Positions 9,183 through 18,125 of a stretch of 35,167 nt of DNA are shown in pieces. The stretch comes from Candidatus Micrarchaeota archaeon. GTDB taxonomy: Archaea; Micrarchaeota; Micrarchaeia; Anstonellales; Anstonellaceae. The stretch lies in contig JBDRNY010000028.1 of the NCBI GenBank assembly GCA_043810635.1, positions 1-35,167 of the forward strand, given 5' to 3'. The translations under genes and the position numbers were made by a program. A model generated the notes under the pieces. That model saw nothing but the letters and a program-made list of their open reading frames with translations, ran no database searches and was not told where the DNA came from. Position 1 is the stretch's first letter; each line of letters opens with the position of its first letter.

Positions 9183-9238
9183 ATCATTCACCGAATTTTT
9201 CATTTTTTTCTTTTTTCAGATCGTTTTTCTTTTTCCGA

Positions 9239-9350
9239 TTTTCTTTTCTTTTTCCCAAGGGTTTTTCTTTCATATTGTTTTTCTTTTTCCGTTTTCTTTT
9301 TCTTTTCCCGAGGGTTTTCTTTTTCTTTCCCAAAGAAAAAGAAAAGGCTC
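9239..9350. repeat. Family A element (full copy 9292-9350) plus tandem partial copy centred on CCCAAGGG (9254-9261)
   Basis: T4CT5CT4-CCCGAGGG-T4CT5CT3-CCC-A3GA5GA4-GGCTC; abuts the tRNA-Leu 3' end. Confidence 0.85.
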
Positions 9351-9435
9351 TGCAGGGGGAGGGATTTGAACCCACGAACCCCTAAGGGACCAGCCCCTCA
9401 AGCTGGCGCATTTGACCTGGCTTTGCGACCCCTGC
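9351..9435 (-). tRNA. tRNA-Leu(GAG)
   Basis: GCAGGGG/CCCCTGC acceptor, CCAGC-TT-GAG-GG-GCTGG, long variable arm, TTCAAAT. Confidence 0.95.
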
Positions 9436-9503
9436 ACGAACGTCAGTAAGTGCTGGGGGGCAGCGGCCCGTAAGGCCGATCGGACCCCTGCACCAACATC
9501 AGT
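9427..9503. repeat. 21-bp direct repeat of the tRNA-Leu 5' junction flanking a GC-rich hairpin
   Basis: gacccctgcacgaacgtcagt (9427-9447) vs gacccctgcaccaacatcagt (9483-9503), 19/21; CGGCC...GGCCG hairpin between. Confidence 0.75.
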
Positions 9504-9514
9504 TACTATGAATT

Positions 9515-10120
9515 TCATTTTTTCTTTGCCTCTCTTTTCAGCCCCGCAAGCTCTTTTGAGAGCAGGGTGCATTTTTCGGATATAATGTTTGCTGTTTTCA
9601 GGAGTATTTCCCGCGGGGGCATTTGCATAAAGCTTTCCACTTCAAATTCAAAATCTGAAGGATACTCTGCATCACCGAGAGCTTTGTATCCTGCAAGCCC
9701 TGCCTGCCATTTTGCATGCTTCCTCCCGATTCCTGAAATTGCCTTTGCTTCAAGGCGCAAATTCTGCGCTTCCAAAAGCTTTAGCAAAGGCATGCGGTCG
9801 GTTGCAACTTTTATTTTGCTTACTGTGCTTGAAAGGACTGAGGAATATACTGTGCAGGGGCCGGAAGCGTCAAGGGTGAACATAACTTCCTCATCTTCCC
9901 CGACTCCCGCGCCCATGCGCAAGGGAATAAGGCCGATGCGGTGGGCTATGTATTCGTCAAAAAGGGTGCTGCTGTTTTCATACAAAGTCACTTTGTCGAT
10001 TGCAAATGTCGGCACTTGCGACATGGCAAACCTTCTCAAAAGGTTTGCAAATGAAGTTGAAGATGACTTGAGAGTAAACTTCATCTTCAGCTTGTCTTCT
10101 TTTTGCACATTTAATTTCAT
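9515..10120 (-). CDS. rpoD: RNA polymerase subunit D (Rpo3), lacking the Fe-S domain
   Basis: ANLLRR...VPTFAI, NSSTLFDEYIAHRIGLIP, GRKHAKWQ, FEVES. Confidence 0.96.
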   Translation of the reverse strand: MKLNVQKEDKLKMKFTLKSSSTSFANLLRRFAMSQVPTFAIDKVTLYENSSTLFDEYIAHRIGLIPLRMGAGVGEDEEVMFTLDASGPCTVYSSVLSSTVSKIKVATDRMPLLKLLEAQNLRLEAKAISGIGRKHAKWQAGLAGYKALGDAEYPSDFEFEVESFMQMPPREILLKTANIISEKCTLLSKELAGLKREAKKK

Positions 10121-10132
10121 ATCCACAACCCC

Positions 10133-10882
10133 CTATACTCTTCTTCCTCTGCGCCCGCCGGGGCGTTTTGTAGTGTCTGTAGGAACAGGAGTAACATCTT
10201 CAATTTTTCCTACCCGCACTCCCTGCCTTGCAACAGTTCGCACAACCGCCTGCGCTCCGGAGCCGGGTGTCTTTGTTCCGTGCCCGCCCGGTGCGCGTAT
10301 TCTTATATGCAACCCGGTTATGCCTCTTCCTTTTGCCTCATTAACCGCGCGTATTGTTGCCTGCATTGCAGCATAAGGCTTTCCCTCCTCCCTGTCTGAT
10401 TTTACAATCATTCCTCCTGAAGCTTTTGCAAGAGTTTCTGCGCCAGACAAGTCTGTTATTGTTATTATTGTGTCGTTTTTGGATGAATATACATTGCATA
10501 TAGCCCATTTTATCGGGCCCCGCATATAATCTCTGACAGGCCGGCCTCCTCTTTGAAATCTTCCGCCTCCTCTCGGAGGGGCAACTCCCCCGCTCGGCTT
10601 GTCACCTTCACCTTTTTTCTCTGGCTTGAATTCTTTTCCTTCTTCAGCCCTTGTATCTTTTACTTCATCTTTTGCCTCGGTCTTTGCATCTTTTTTTTCA
10701 TCTTTTTTTGCATCTTTTTTTTCAGTTCGCCCTTCTTCTTCTTTTGTATTTTTTTCAACGGGCTTGTGTTCTTCTTTTTTTTCATCTTTTTTTTCTGCCC
10801 GCACTTCCTTTTCGTTTGCTTTCTCGCCTTTCGCCTTTGCCTCGGTTTTTGCATCTTTCTTTTCTTCTTTTTTGTCATCCAT
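10133..10882 (-). CDS. rps11: 30S ribosomal protein uS11 with ~120-aa K/E-rich N-terminal extension
   Basis: [41 protein letters not shown]. Confidence 0.96.
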   Translation of the reverse strand: MDDKKEEKKDAKTEAKAKGEKANEKEVRAEKKDEKKEEHKPVEKNTKEEEGRTEKKDAKKDEKKDAKTEAKDEVKDTRAEEGKEFKPEKKGEGDKPSGGVAPPRGGGRFQRGGRPVRDYMRGPIKWAICNVYSSKNDTIITITDLSGAETLAKASGGMIVKSDREEGKPYAAMQATIRAVNEAKGRGITGLHIRIRAPGGHGTKTPGSGAQAVVRTVARQGVRVGKIEDVTPVPTDTTKRPGGRRGRRV

Positions 10883-10896
10883 AAAAATCACCTAAT

Positions 10897-11505
10897 TCAT
10901 GCCTTTGCTATCTGCTCCTCTTTTTTCTGCTCCGGAGCTTCTGAAGGTTTTGCCTCTTCTTCTTTTTTCTCGCCACTTTCCTCTTTCGGAGCTGCTCTTG
11001 CACTCTTTGGAGCTTCTTCAGGAGGGCTGATGTCAATTGCCTTGAAATATGAAACAGTGGGCTCTTCCTCTGCAGTAACAATATAGGAAGGTATGTTTAC
11101 CCTTCTTCCTGCAACAGAAATAAATCTGTGGGTAATCAATTGCCTTGCCTGCTTTGGGGTGCGTGCAAGCCCCCGCTTTAGCACAAGGGTTTGCAGCCTT
11201 CTTTCAAGAAAATCCCTGATATTTAATGCCAAAATATCTCCAATGCCCATATCTCCTTTTGCAATTCCAAGGCGCTTTAATTTTGCCACAAGCTTTTGGC
11301 CCCGCCTCTCCCCTTCCTCTCCGAGGGAGAGGAGATTTCTTGCAGTCCGCCTCATTCTTTTTAATTCAGACATTGCTGTCCAAAGCTCTCTTGTTTTCCT
11401 CAATCCATACTCTTTTTTTAGCACAGATTCTTCTTTTATCCTTTCAAGGTCCCACATTTTCCGCGGGGATTCTGCCTTCGGCCTTTTTCGTTTAGGGTCT
11501 CCCAT
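10897..11505 (-). CDS. rps4: 30S ribosomal protein uS4
   Basis: MGDPK, YGLRKTRELW, LERRLQT, QARQLITH. Confidence 0.97.
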   Translation of the reverse strand: MGDPKRKRPKAESPRKMWDLERIKEESVLKKEYGLRKTRELWTAMSELKRMRRTARNLLSLGEEGERRGQKLVAKLKRLGIAKGDMGIGDILALNIRDFLERRLQTLVLKRGLARTPKQARQLITHRFISVAGRRVNIPSYIVTAEEEPTVSYFKAIDISPPEEAPKSARAAPKEESGEKKEEEAKPSEAPEQKKEEQIAKA

Positions 11506-11515
11506 CTAAATCACC

Positions 11516-12175
11516 TTACTTTTTCTCCTCAGCTTTTGGCTTTTCCTTGGGTTTTTCCTCGGCGACTGGCTTTCCCTTTTCTCTTCCTTTGCCTGTCTCT
11601 TCCGCCTTGGCGGCTATTGCCGCGGCTTTCACAGCCTTTCTCATAACACCAACAGTCATTCCGGTTCTGCCTGTGGTTCGGGTTCGCTGCCCGCGCACTT
11701 TCTGCCCGTATGAATGCCGGTATCCTTTCCATGTCTGGGAATCTTTTTCATGCTCAATATCCTGCCTTACAGCATAAATCAAATCTGTTGAAATTGCGTG
11801 TGAAGGGGAATTTGTCTGAAATTCTTTTTGCCTGTTAAGCAGAAAATCATAAACTCCGTATTTTTTCGGATTTGAAAGAATTTGCTCCAATCTGGTTACC
11901 ATCTGCTCGTCAAGCTCGCCAACCAAAATTGTGCTTTTCAATCCAAGCTCTTTTAATGCGATTTTTGACAACATTTTTCCGACTGTAGGGCCTATTCCCC
12001 TTATTGCCTGTATTGCGCGGGTAATTTTCCAGTGCCCTTTCAAATCTCTTCCTGAAATGCGCACAATTCCCCGGATTTCTTTTCCATCCACCGTTGTCGG
12101 GATTTCCTTTTCTTCTTTAGGCCTGTGCTTGCCTTTTCCTTTCTTTTTCTTATCTTTTTTTGTTGCCATTCCCAT
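11516..12175 (-). CDS. rps13: 30S ribosomal protein uS13
   Basis: IVRISGRDLKG, IRGIG, WKGYRH..GQKVRGQRTRTTGR. Confidence 0.96.
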   Translation of the reverse strand: MGMATKKDKKKKGKGKHRPKEEKEIPTTVDGKEIRGIVRISGRDLKGHWKITRAIQAIRGIGPTVGKMLSKIALKELGLKSTILVGELDEQMVTRLEQILSNPKKYGVYDFLLNRQKEFQTNSPSHAISTDLIYAVRQDIEHEKDSQTWKGYRHSYGQKVRGQRTRTTGRTGMTVGVMRKAVKAAAIAAKAEETGKGREKGKPVAEEKPKEKPKAEEKK

Positions 12176-12236
12176 TCAATTCACCATAACACAAATTACT
12201 TTTTTTAATACAAAAATTTCGCCGGAGGTTTGAATT

Positions 12237-12372
12237 CGCCGGAGGTGGGATTTGAACCCACAAGCCCTAACGGGCACATGCTCCCTGTTTTTTCTTTTTA
12301 ATTAAATTTTTTCTTTTCAAAAAAGAAAAAATTATTCCAGGCATGCGCACTACCAGGTTATGCGACCCCGGC
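12237..12372 (-). tRNA. tRNA-Ser(GGA) with a 52-nt intron at position 37/38 (12283-12334)
   Basis: GCCGGGG/CTCCGGC acceptor, CATGC-CT-GGA-A [intron] A-GCATG, long variable arm GCCC-GTTA-GGGC, GTGGG-TTCAAAT-CCCAC. Confidence 0.92.
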
Positions 12373-13209
12373 ACGAACTTCAGTGAGTACTGCTTTTGGG
12401 AGGATTTTTTCATTTTCCACTCTCCCAATTGCTATTAAATCTCCCTCCTTATTTCGTAATTTTACTTCCGTGCCTTCCTTTAATTTTGCCTCATCATATG
12501 CCACACCGGACAGCGCCAGAGGCGCGCCGCGGCATACTGAATCTATGGCCTTATCCTTAATCATAATAGAAGGCAGTGTAAACATATCGTCGGCGGGCTT
12601 TATTAATCTTTTTATGAGGGAAGAGTCCCCTTTCCCTCGATAAATTGCCATTCCGTCCTGCAAATCTGAAAGAGAAATGAGCATTTTCTCATCGATATTG
12701 CCTATTGCAACTCTCCTCAATTCCAGCATTTTTCCTCCTTCAAATGCTTTCCCAACATCTTGGCATAAATTTCTTATATAAGTGCCTGCTTCAACCCTCG
12801 CCCGAAATAAAATATTTTTTCCGTCCATTTCAATTGCCTTAAACTCGTAAATTTCCCTTTTTCGCTTTCTTTTTGCAACTGCAGAATGGAGGGGGGGAAT
12901 TTGCTCTATTTTTCCTATAAATTTATTCATTTCTTTTTGCACAATTTCAATATTGGAAGGAGGATTTCTTATTCTCATTACTCCGACATAAGTTTTCTCT
13001 TTTCCAACAACAAACCTCAGCAATTTTGTTGCCTTGTTTATGCCAATTACCATCACGCCGGATACTTGGGGGTCTAGGGTGCCTGCATGCCCTGTTTTTC
13101 TCACCCCCAATAATTTCCTGACATAAGCAGTCACTTCATGGGAAGAAGGGCCCCTCGGCTTGTCTAGCAATATAAACCCCGCATTAAGCAAATTTTCAAC
13201 AGATTGCAT
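12358..13209 (-). CDS. cbf5: H/ACA RNA-guided pseudouridine synthase Cbf5 (TruB family)
   Basis: LDKPRGPSSHEV, GHAGTLDP (catalytic Asp), QIPP..SAV, AGTYIR, compact PUA domain. Confidence 0.95.
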   Translation of the reverse strand: MQSVENLLNAGFILLDKPRGPSSHEVTAYVRKLLGVRKTGHAGTLDPQVSGVMVIGINKATKLLRFVVGKEKTYVGVMRIRNPPSNIEIVQKEMNKFIGKIEQIPPLHSAVAKRKRKREIYEFKAIEMDGKNILFRARVEAGTYIRNLCQDVGKAFEGGKMLELRRVAIGNIDEKMLISLSDLQDGMAIYRGKGDSSLIKRLIKPADDMFTLPSIMIKDKAIDSVCRGAPLALSGVAYDEAKLKEGTEVKLRNKEGDLIAIGRVENEKILPKAVLTEVRAGVA

Positions 13210-13244
13210 GGAAATTCCTCAAGCTCTTTAAAGCACATCAAAAT

Positions 13245-13270
13245 CCAACAATAAAAACTTTTAATGTTGG
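13245..13270. promoter_or_regulatory. Near-perfect 26-bp palindrome containing TATA-like boxes for the divergent cbf5 and TPR genes
   Basis: CCAACA-A-TAAAA-AC-TTTTA-A-TGTTGG; TTTTAA lies about 27 nt before the TPR ATG. Confidence 0.5.
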
Positions 13271-13290
13271 CAATATAATAATGTTGTTAT

Positions 13291-14343
13291 ATGGAAGGCA
13301 GTCATCGGTTTGGATCAGGCTACTACCCAGAAAAAGCAACTCCGGGAAATGACTTATTCAGAGATAGGAATAGTGCCAGAAAAACTATGCTAGAGATTGC
13401 GCTGGATTACCTTAAAAATAAGGAATTTAGATTGGCAATAGGTGCATTTACAGAAGTGATAGAAAATTATGAAAGCATGAATAAAAACAGCGATAAATAC
13501 TCTTGTAAAAATCTGGCTCAGGCATATTGCGGGAGGGCTAAAGCATCCATATGGATTAAAAACCGTGAGGATGCGCTGGAAGATTTTAGCAAAGGAATAG
13601 AAATTTACTCACGAAGAGATGACTCGACATGCGACTACCGTAACTCAGAAGCACGCAACCAAAGGGCAAATTTATATATACGAGCAGGAAAATTTGAAAA
13701 AGCGGAAGAAGACCTTATTGAGGCAAAAAGACTAAACCCAGATAACTTTCATACATATAATAATTTTGGAAAATTAAGACATAAGCAAGGCAAGTATTGC
13801 CAAGCAATTGAAAATTTTGAAAAAGCAATTAAAATAAATCCAAGATACTTCTCTTCCTACTCCTTTCTTGCAGACGCATTTCTGCATATAGGTAAATATG
13901 AGAAAGCAATAGAAAGTTATACTAGAGCAATAAAATACGGAAGAAATAATATATATCATTATAACGAACGAGGAAGGGCAAAATTATTTCTTGAAAACAA
14001 AAAGAGGGAAATTGCGGATTATAGTAGTGCTATTGAAGATTTTGACATGGCAATAAAACTAAAGAAAGACCATGTGTTTGCCTGGGCAAACAGGGGGATA
14101 GCATATTATAAAAGTGGAAATTATGATGCTGCCATTGAAAATTTGAAATGGGCAGATGAACTGACAAGAAATAATGGAGGGAGGAAGGCAGGTACAGACG
14201 TGTACTTTTATCTGGCAAAAGCATATTCTGAAAAAGGAGAGTATGGACTTGCAGAGGAGAACATCAAAAAAGCCATAAAGCTTAGGGAAAAGCCGAAATA
14301 TGTGAAATTGCTGGATGATATCCAGAATATTCGCAAATATTAA
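13291..14343 (+). CDS. Tetratricopeptide repeat protein
   Basis: Multiple TPR units (TYNNFG...AIENFEKAIKINP; AWANRGIAY...AAIE). Confidence 0.92.
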   Translation: MEGSHRFGSGYYPEKATPGNDLFRDRNSARKTMLEIALDYLKNKEFRLAIGAFTEVIENYESMNKNSDKYSCKNLAQAYCGRAKASIWIKNREDALEDFSKGIEIYSRRDDSTCDYRNSEARNQRANLYIRAGKFEKAEEDLIEAKRLNPDNFHTYNNFGKLRHKQGKYCQAIENFEKAIKINPRYFSSYSFLADAFLHIGKYEKAIESYTRAIKYGRNNIYHYNERGRAKLFLENKKREIADYSSAIEDFDMAIKLKKDHVFAWANRGIAYYKSGNYDAAIENLKWADELTRNNGGRKAGTDVYFYLAKAYSEKGEYGLAEENIKKAIKLREKPKYVKLLDDIQNIRKY

Positions 14344-14409
14344 TAAACACTGTGTGTATAAAAAGCCGAAATTGCGCATGTTATATGCATTCCAAGGCGG
14401 AAAAAGGAA

Positions 14410-15303
14410 TTAGCTTATAATTGCCGCACCAATAAAAGCAAGCAATGCACCGACAATTTTTTGCACCCAGCCTTTTCTTTCTTTCAAAAATATTATTCCC
14501 CCCAATGCTGCAACTATGACAAATGTATTAAACAGGGGAATAACAACTGATGCCTCGATTTTTGCCAGGGAAAGAAGCAAGAAAACATGGGAAACGGCTG
14601 CAAATGCGGAAAGCAAAAGCGAAACCCATGGCCTTTTTTCAAAAACTTTGCCGGTTCTTTCAAATGCTTTTTTTCCCATCATTGCAAAAAATATAATTGT
14701 CGGAATTATGAAGAGGGGGATGGCGTAAATAAGGGGCGGGAATAATTGGGAATTTACCCTGTCAATTACATGGCCTGAAGCAACAAACAAGGCTGCAAAC
14801 AAAATAAGCCCGACTCCTGCAAGCTTGAATTTGCCCCCTGGGCGGTAAATGCAAATTACTGAACCTGCCAAAATAAGCAAGCCTGCAAATATTTTCTGCC
14901 CGGTAATAACTTCTGAAAGAAACAAAAATGCAAGAAGCATTCCCCATATTATTTCAGTCTGGCCGAGGATTGGGCGTATGGAGCCTTCCACTGTTTGGCT
15001 ACCTTTGAATGTAAAGTAGATAAATACGGCATAAAAAACTCCTGCTAATGCCATAAGAATCCAGTTTAGCTGGGGAATTTCGCCGATGGGGGGCTTGCCT
15101 TCTGTTGCAAAATCAAATCCGAAAGTTAATATTAGCAAAAGAAGGAATGCTACTGTAGCGCCCTCAGTTAGGGCGAGTGATGCCAGATAATCTTTCTCAT
15201 CTTTATTCAAAACCCTTACAAGAAGGCTCCATGCTGCGGTTGTAAGTATTGAAAGTACCAACCAGCCCATTGGAGGAAGCAAATCATATGGATTAAACAG
15301 CAT
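14410..15303 (-). CDS. EamA/DMT-family transporter (paralog 2)
   Basis: About 10 TM helices in two repeats (FLSEVIT.QKI; FLKERK...KIVG). Confidence 0.9.
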   Translation of the reverse strand: MLFNPYDLLPPMGWLVLSILTTAAWSLLVRVLNKDEKDYLASLALTEGATVAFLLLLILTFGFDFATEGKPPIGEIPQLNWILMALAGVFYAVFIYFTFKGSQTVEGSIRPILGQTEIIWGMLLAFLFLSEVITGQKIFAGLLILAGSVICIYRPGGKFKLAGVGLILFAALFVASGHVIDRVNSQLFPPLIYAIPLFIIPTIIFFAMMGKKAFERTGKVFEKRPWVSLLLSAFAAVSHVFLLLSLAKIEASVVIPLFNTFVIVAALGGIIFLKERKGWVQKIVGALLAFIGAAIIS

Positions 15304-15329
15304 GTAAATTCACTTTCAAACTAGGTTTA

Positions 15330-16229
15330 TTAGGCTATAAGTGATGCACCTGCAACTGCAAGCAGTGCGCCAATTATTTTCTGAATCCAGCCTTCTTTTT
15401 CATTAAGCAAAATGGCTCCGCTTATTGCTGTAAGCACAACTGACAGGCTAAGGAGGGGGATTGCTACTGACAAATCCATTGAAATAAATGAAAGCAAAAC
15501 TGAAATAAACAGAACCATGCTTATTGCGCCAATAAGCGAAATTTCCCTCGGATATTTTTTGAATATTTTGCCAATGCGGGCGGTGGCATCTTGCCCCATA
15601 AGAAAAATGAGTGAGAGTGCAGGTATAACGTGTATGGGTATTGCAAAAATAATGGGGCTAAAATACTGCAATGCGATTTTGGTTGCAGTATCAGCGCCTG
15701 CTACAAGAGCTGAAGCTATTAGCACAAGCAAGACCCCCTCATTTATTTTCCAGTTTGTTTTGCCGGGCCGATAAAGGCAAACTATAGAGCCTGCGATTAT
15801 CAAAATAGCTGCAATAATTTTGTAAAATGTTATTTCCTCTGATAAAAATACTGATGCAAACAAAAACACCAGAATAAGCTTTGTTCTTGAAATAATGTGG
15901 CGCTCTGCAGCATCCACCTGCCTTGATGCCTTGTAGGTAAGGTAGACAAATACAGACATGAGAATTGAGCTAAGAAGTGCAACTCCCCAGCCAAATAAGG
16001 GGATATTTCCAAGTGTGGGCTGAGCTTTTGAGCCAAAATCAAAACCAAGGAAAAGAATTGCAGGAATTAATAAGAGTGCTGTAACTATATTTGAGGATGC
16101 ACCGGTTGCAACAAAATCTTTTTCTTTTTTCATAAGCCCTCTTACGGCAAGATTCCATGCACTTATTGAAATTATTGCAACTACAACCCACCCCAGAGGG
16201 GGAAGCAATTCATATGGATTGAACAGCAT
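15330..16229 (-). CDS. EamA/DMT-family transporter (paralog 1)
   Basis: Same architecture; shares the MLFNPY.LLPP.GW N-terminus and GW.QKI.GALLA C-terminus with its neighbour. Confidence 0.9.
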   Translation of the reverse strand: MLFNPYELLPPLGWVVVAIISISAWNLAVRGLMKKEKDFVATGASSNIVTALLLIPAILFLGFDFGSKAQPTLGNIPLFGWGVALLSSILMSVFVYLTYKASRQVDAAERHIISRTKLILVFLFASVFLSEEITFYKIIAAILIIAGSIVCLYRPGKTNWKINEGVLLVLIASALVAGADTATKIALQYFSPIIFAIPIHVIPALSLIFLMGQDATARIGKIFKKYPREISLIGAISMVLFISVLLSFISMDLSVAIPLLSLSVVLTAISGAILLNEKEGWIQKIIGALLAVAGASLIA

Positions 16230-16263
16230 AAGAAATCAACAAAAAGAAAGAATAAAAAGAAAA

Positions 16264-16446
16264 CTATGAGCTTACCGCAACATCAGTAGGCTCAAGGTGC
16301 TTTATTGCACACTTTCTTTCCTTTTTTCTTTTAGGGCTTTTTATCATTACACAATTGTTGTCCACAACTTTTGTAACAACCACTTTTTCGCCCGCATCTC
16401 TTCCTGCAAGCTTGACGCAAATTCTTCCCGGTTTTATTGCACTCAT
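16264..16446 (-). CDS. rpl14e: 50S ribosomal protein eL14 (60 aa)
   Basis: GRICVKLAGRDAG.KVVV, HLEPT. Confidence 0.94.
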   Translation of the reverse strand: MSAIKPGRICVKLAGRDAGEKVVVTKVVDNNCVMIKSPKRKKERKCAIKHLEPTDVAVSS

Positions 16447-16573
16447 AAAAATCCCTCATTTTCTAAATAAGCCTATAGCTTAGTTGTATGCAACATTATG
16501 CCATATTAATCTTCAAATACCTTTCCATCCTTTCCAAAAGGTTTATTTGCATTGTTGGTATAAATAGCAATAT

Positions 16574-17512
16574 ATGCCTAAAAGAGTGACAACAGATGGA
16601 AGATACCACACACTTGAACGCAAGCTAAGAATAAAAAGGAAACATATACAGGAAGGGGAGAAAGGAGGAAGGACTAAGTTTGCATACAGAAATATTGAAT
16701 CCGGCTTGGAGCCAGAGAATGGGCAAGATATCTGCAATAATGGATTCAGGAACAAGCCAGACGACTGGCAGGATATCTCCTGTGATTCGGACGCAAAGGA
16801 GTCAATAAACAAACGGGAGAGTGCCTATGAGCACTACAAAGAAAAAAAATACAGCACTTCACTGAAAGAATGCAATGAAGCGATAGAATTAAACAAAGAA
16901 AACAATCTCGCCTATCTTCTTCTTGGCAAAATATATCTTGCAATATGCAAGCCAAAGAAAGCGCTTATTGCGCTTAAGAGGTCGGTTGAATTATACCCTG
17001 AAAGCCTGCATGACTACTGGAATATGGGAAGAACATACATAAAGCTCGAAAAGTTTAAGGATGCTAAGGCATGCCTTAGGCAGGCGCTTAAAATAATAAG
17101 TAAAAATGGAGATGATAGCAAATACAATTTGATTAAATCAGAAATTTTATCATCTCTTGGGAGAATTTATGAAGAGAAGAAAGAGTTTGACAAGGCTTTG
17201 AATAAATATGCCGAAGCTGTTTTATGCTCTCCTGAAAATCCCAACATATACAAAAGAAGGGCAATATTATATAACAACATGAGAAACTATGACTTGGCAA
17301 TAGAAGATGCAGACAGGGCGATAGAGCTTGGACTAAAGATATCAACAGTGTATCAAATAAGAGCAAGGGTATTTTACAACAAGGAAGATTTTAAAAGTGC
17401 TTTGCAGAATGCGAAAAAAGCATGGGAAATTGAACCTGGCAGCCCTAAAACTAAAGAATTGATTAACCTGTGCTATTTCCAGCTTAATAAGTTTAGTAAA
17501 ACAATAAGATAG
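16574..17512 (+). CDS. Tetratricopeptide repeat protein
   Basis: TPR units (AYLLLGKIY, YWNMGRTY, IYKRRA...AIEDADRAIEL). Confidence 0.9.
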   Translation: MPKRVTTDGRYHTLERKLRIKRKHIQEGEKGGRTKFAYRNIESGLEPENGQDICNNGFRNKPDDWQDISCDSDAKESINKRESAYEHYKEKKYSTSLKECNEAIELNKENNLAYLLLGKIYLAICKPKKALIALKRSVELYPESLHDYWNMGRTYIKLEKFKDAKACLRQALKIISKNGDDSKYNLIKSEILSSLGRIYEEKKEFDKALNKYAEAVLCSPENPNIYKRRAILYNNMRNYDLAIEDADRAIELGLKISTVYQIRARVFYNKEDFKSALQNAKKAWEIEPGSPKTKELINLCYFQLNKFSKTIR

Positions 17513-17523
17513 AAAAGGGAAGA

Positions 17524-18108
17524 TTAGATTTTTCTTTTTTTGTGAGCATCAAGAATTTTTTCCGCAGTTTCTTCCGGCTTTGTATTCTCATCCGAAGAAA
17601 CAATCAAATCAAACCCTGAATGGTCATATATGTTTATTTTGTAAATTTTCATATACCTTTCCTTATTGCCTTCATCTCTTTTTGAAATTGCTTTTTTTGC
17701 CTCCTCAACGCTTTGGCCTTCCCTTCCTGAAACGCGCTTTGCACGCACATCAAGAGGCACATCAATCCATACGCGAAAAGGTTTTCCTGGGGCCATCCAG
17801 GGGCCCAGCCAGGTGGATACCACAACTTTTCCGTCTTTGCATGCATCACGCAAAGCATTGTCAAATTTTTTGTCAATATCCGCATTTTCCCGCGCTTTTG
17901 CCTGAAATTCTTCCAATGACATGCCTGCCTTTTTTGCAAGAATTTTGAATGTGGGCTGCACAACTATCCATCCAAGCTTGGAACCTACAATTTCAGCTAC
18001 TGTGTTTTTTCCGGCGCCTGCCAATCCGCTGATGCAAATGATATCTGAAGGACCGGGATATTTTGAGCCTGGGAAATTTTGAATTTTTTCCTCATTTTTT
18101 TCGCTCAT
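17524..18108 (-). CDS. cmk: Cytidylate kinase
   Basis: ISGLAGAGKNT P-loop, GMSLEEF, RAKRV..RE, RYMKIYKINI; synteny. Confidence 0.93.
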   Translation of the reverse strand: MSEKNEEKIQNFPGSKYPGPSDIICISGLAGAGKNTVAEIVGSKLGWIVVQPTFKILAKKAGMSLEEFQAKARENADIDKKFDNALRDACKDGKVVVSTWLGPWMAPGKPFRVWIDVPLDVRAKRVSGREGQSVEEAKKAISKRDEGNKERYMKIYKINIYDHSGFDLIVSSDENTKPEETAEKILDAHKKRKI

Positions 18109-18125
18109 AAAATCCAATCCGAAAT

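Noticed and set aside
9306..9350. Family A as simple intrinsic terminators
   Set aside because: Copies lie inside co-directional operons, the hairpin is followed by purines on the mRNA, and termination would not explain the mirror arm; the U tract could still attenuate.
9184..9375. Lys-rich 63-aa ORF
   Set aside because: Translation of the tRNA 3' end and purine repeats; no coding evidence.
9436..9514. C/D box or H/ACA guide RNA upstream of tRNA-Leu
   Set aside because: CTGA is present but there is no convincing RUGAUGA box C with proper spacing, and no ACA tail or K-loop.
12358..13209. cbf5 mRNA intron as in some crenarchaea
   Set aside because: ORF is continuous through the GPSSHEV and GTLDP motifs.
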